Shown piece after piece: positions 62,876 to 64,000 of a DNA stretch of 64,000 nucleotides (position 1 is its first letter; each line of letters opens with the position of its first letter). This stretch comes from Azolla caroliniana. Lineage: Eukaryota; Plantae; Polypodiophyta. A model generated the notes under the pieces. The model had not been told where the DNA came from. It saw only the letters and a list, made by a program, of their open reading frames with translations, and did no database searches. A program made the position numbers and the translations under genes. The stretch spans positions 1,798,001-1,862,000 of the forward strand of contig JBHGNT010000013.1 in assembly GCA_043228905.1 (NCBI GenBank), given 5' to 3'.

Positions 62876-63180
62876 CAGGGGGTACTAGTGCAACCGCCGT
62901 CAAAAGTACACCCCTAATTTATTCGGAACTATTTATATTGCCCGTTGAAGCTGTGACCGGAGTCGGAGAAGTGAAAGGATAGAGAACCGGAATCCGGAAG
63001 TAGTGTGAACCGGATAAAGGAGAAACCGGAAAGATATTATAAGAAATAAAGAAAAAGTTACGCTTGTTAATACATATCCGGATTGTGTACTGAATAGTGT
63101 GTCGGATAACTAGACATAATCATATGTGTGCTTTATTCCATCCCTCCAACCACACCTTTGGATAGTATTCCGGAAGGGGA
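62876..63180. mobile_element. Possible DNA-transposon end with CCGGA subterminal repeats
   Basis: AGGGG-GTACT...AGTAC-ACCCCT hairpin at 62877-62914, then about ten (C/T)CGGA motifs in an AT-rich background. No partner TIR or transposase seen. Confidence 0.3.
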
Positions 63181-64000
63181 ATACATTGTGTTTGCGACTG
63201 AGACTTAATCCAAGATAAACAATTTAGAGTATTTGGAACTTGGGGGAAAAAATACCATGTAGGTGATAATTTCCAAAGGATTTCCCGAGTAGACCCAAGA
63301 AAAAAATTCTGAAAATTTTCCTCCAATTTAGTTGCTTTCATATCTACAATGAATTGGGAGAATGGACTCTCAAATTGTCAACACTGAACATCTTGCTGAA
63401 CATGTGAACATCTGATAATCTCCACTATATTGCAACCAAAGACATAGAAGTGAGAGAATCTTATCTCAATCCATTACAAAAAACATCCACCCATTTTTTA
63501 GCCGTGTAAATGTTTATGTTAGTTATTAGCTTTTATGTCAACTTATATATGGTGTAACATTGATTAAGGAACCTTTGTAGTAGCTTTGCCGATTTGTCCA
63601 TTTTCTTTTCAAATTGCTCTTCTTTTAAAGCATACTCCATGTGATCACTTTCAAGATTCTTGGTTGAGTATCAACCATGCTAAAATGCATCTAACTAAAA
63701 TAAAGAATGGTAAGATACTTAACACCTTCCCTAATCATCCATTGCAATTGAATGATCACTATATTTGGAAGATCCCTATAGTGTGAAGAGGCACTTAGCA
63801 CCAACCAAGTTTTAATGGTAGTTTCTTGCCAAAAAATTAAATAAGACAACAAGATTGTGACAAGCGAACAAGATTATGTGTTATATCCTATAGAGAAAAA
63901 GGATATCATGAAAATAAAATAGAAGTGAGACTAAAAAAGTTAAGAACAAAAAATGCACACAAACGTTTCTATAGCTCCATCCTTATTTCTATTATATGCC

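Overview
This is eukaryotic land-plant nuclear DNA, most likely a fern or lycophyte (inference from the PLS-PPR genes, RTEX-like LINEs and a chlamydial-type trnN). I reconstructed five host genes by hand with splice sites and frame checks: an MRL7/RCB-NCP-like plastid thioredoxin-fold protein (5 exons, +), a PRP38/SRL1-type splicing factor (4 exons, +), an unrecognised His/Lys/Asp-repeat protein with a C-terminal membrane anchor (3 exons, -), an M17 leucine aminopeptidase (15 exons, -) and an intronless PLS-E PPR protein (+). Between MRL7 and PRP38 lies a ~21-kb stack of decayed LTR retrotransposons: two related Copia copies, a Gypsy element with a large extra 3' ORF and a third Copia remnant, including an in-frame Copia-RT/Gypsy-gag junction. 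The most notable items are: a bacterial, chlamydia-like tRNA-Asn(GUU) inside MRL7 intron 4 (probable mitochondrial-to-nuclear transfer); the Gypsy 3' coiled-coil ORF; a LAP with a Glu at a metal-ligand Asp position and a triplicated, frame-compatible exon 3; and long (AG)n tracts directly before two splice acceptors. I see no clear evidence for a coherent new multi-gene system. All family assignments come from motif recognition, not database searches.
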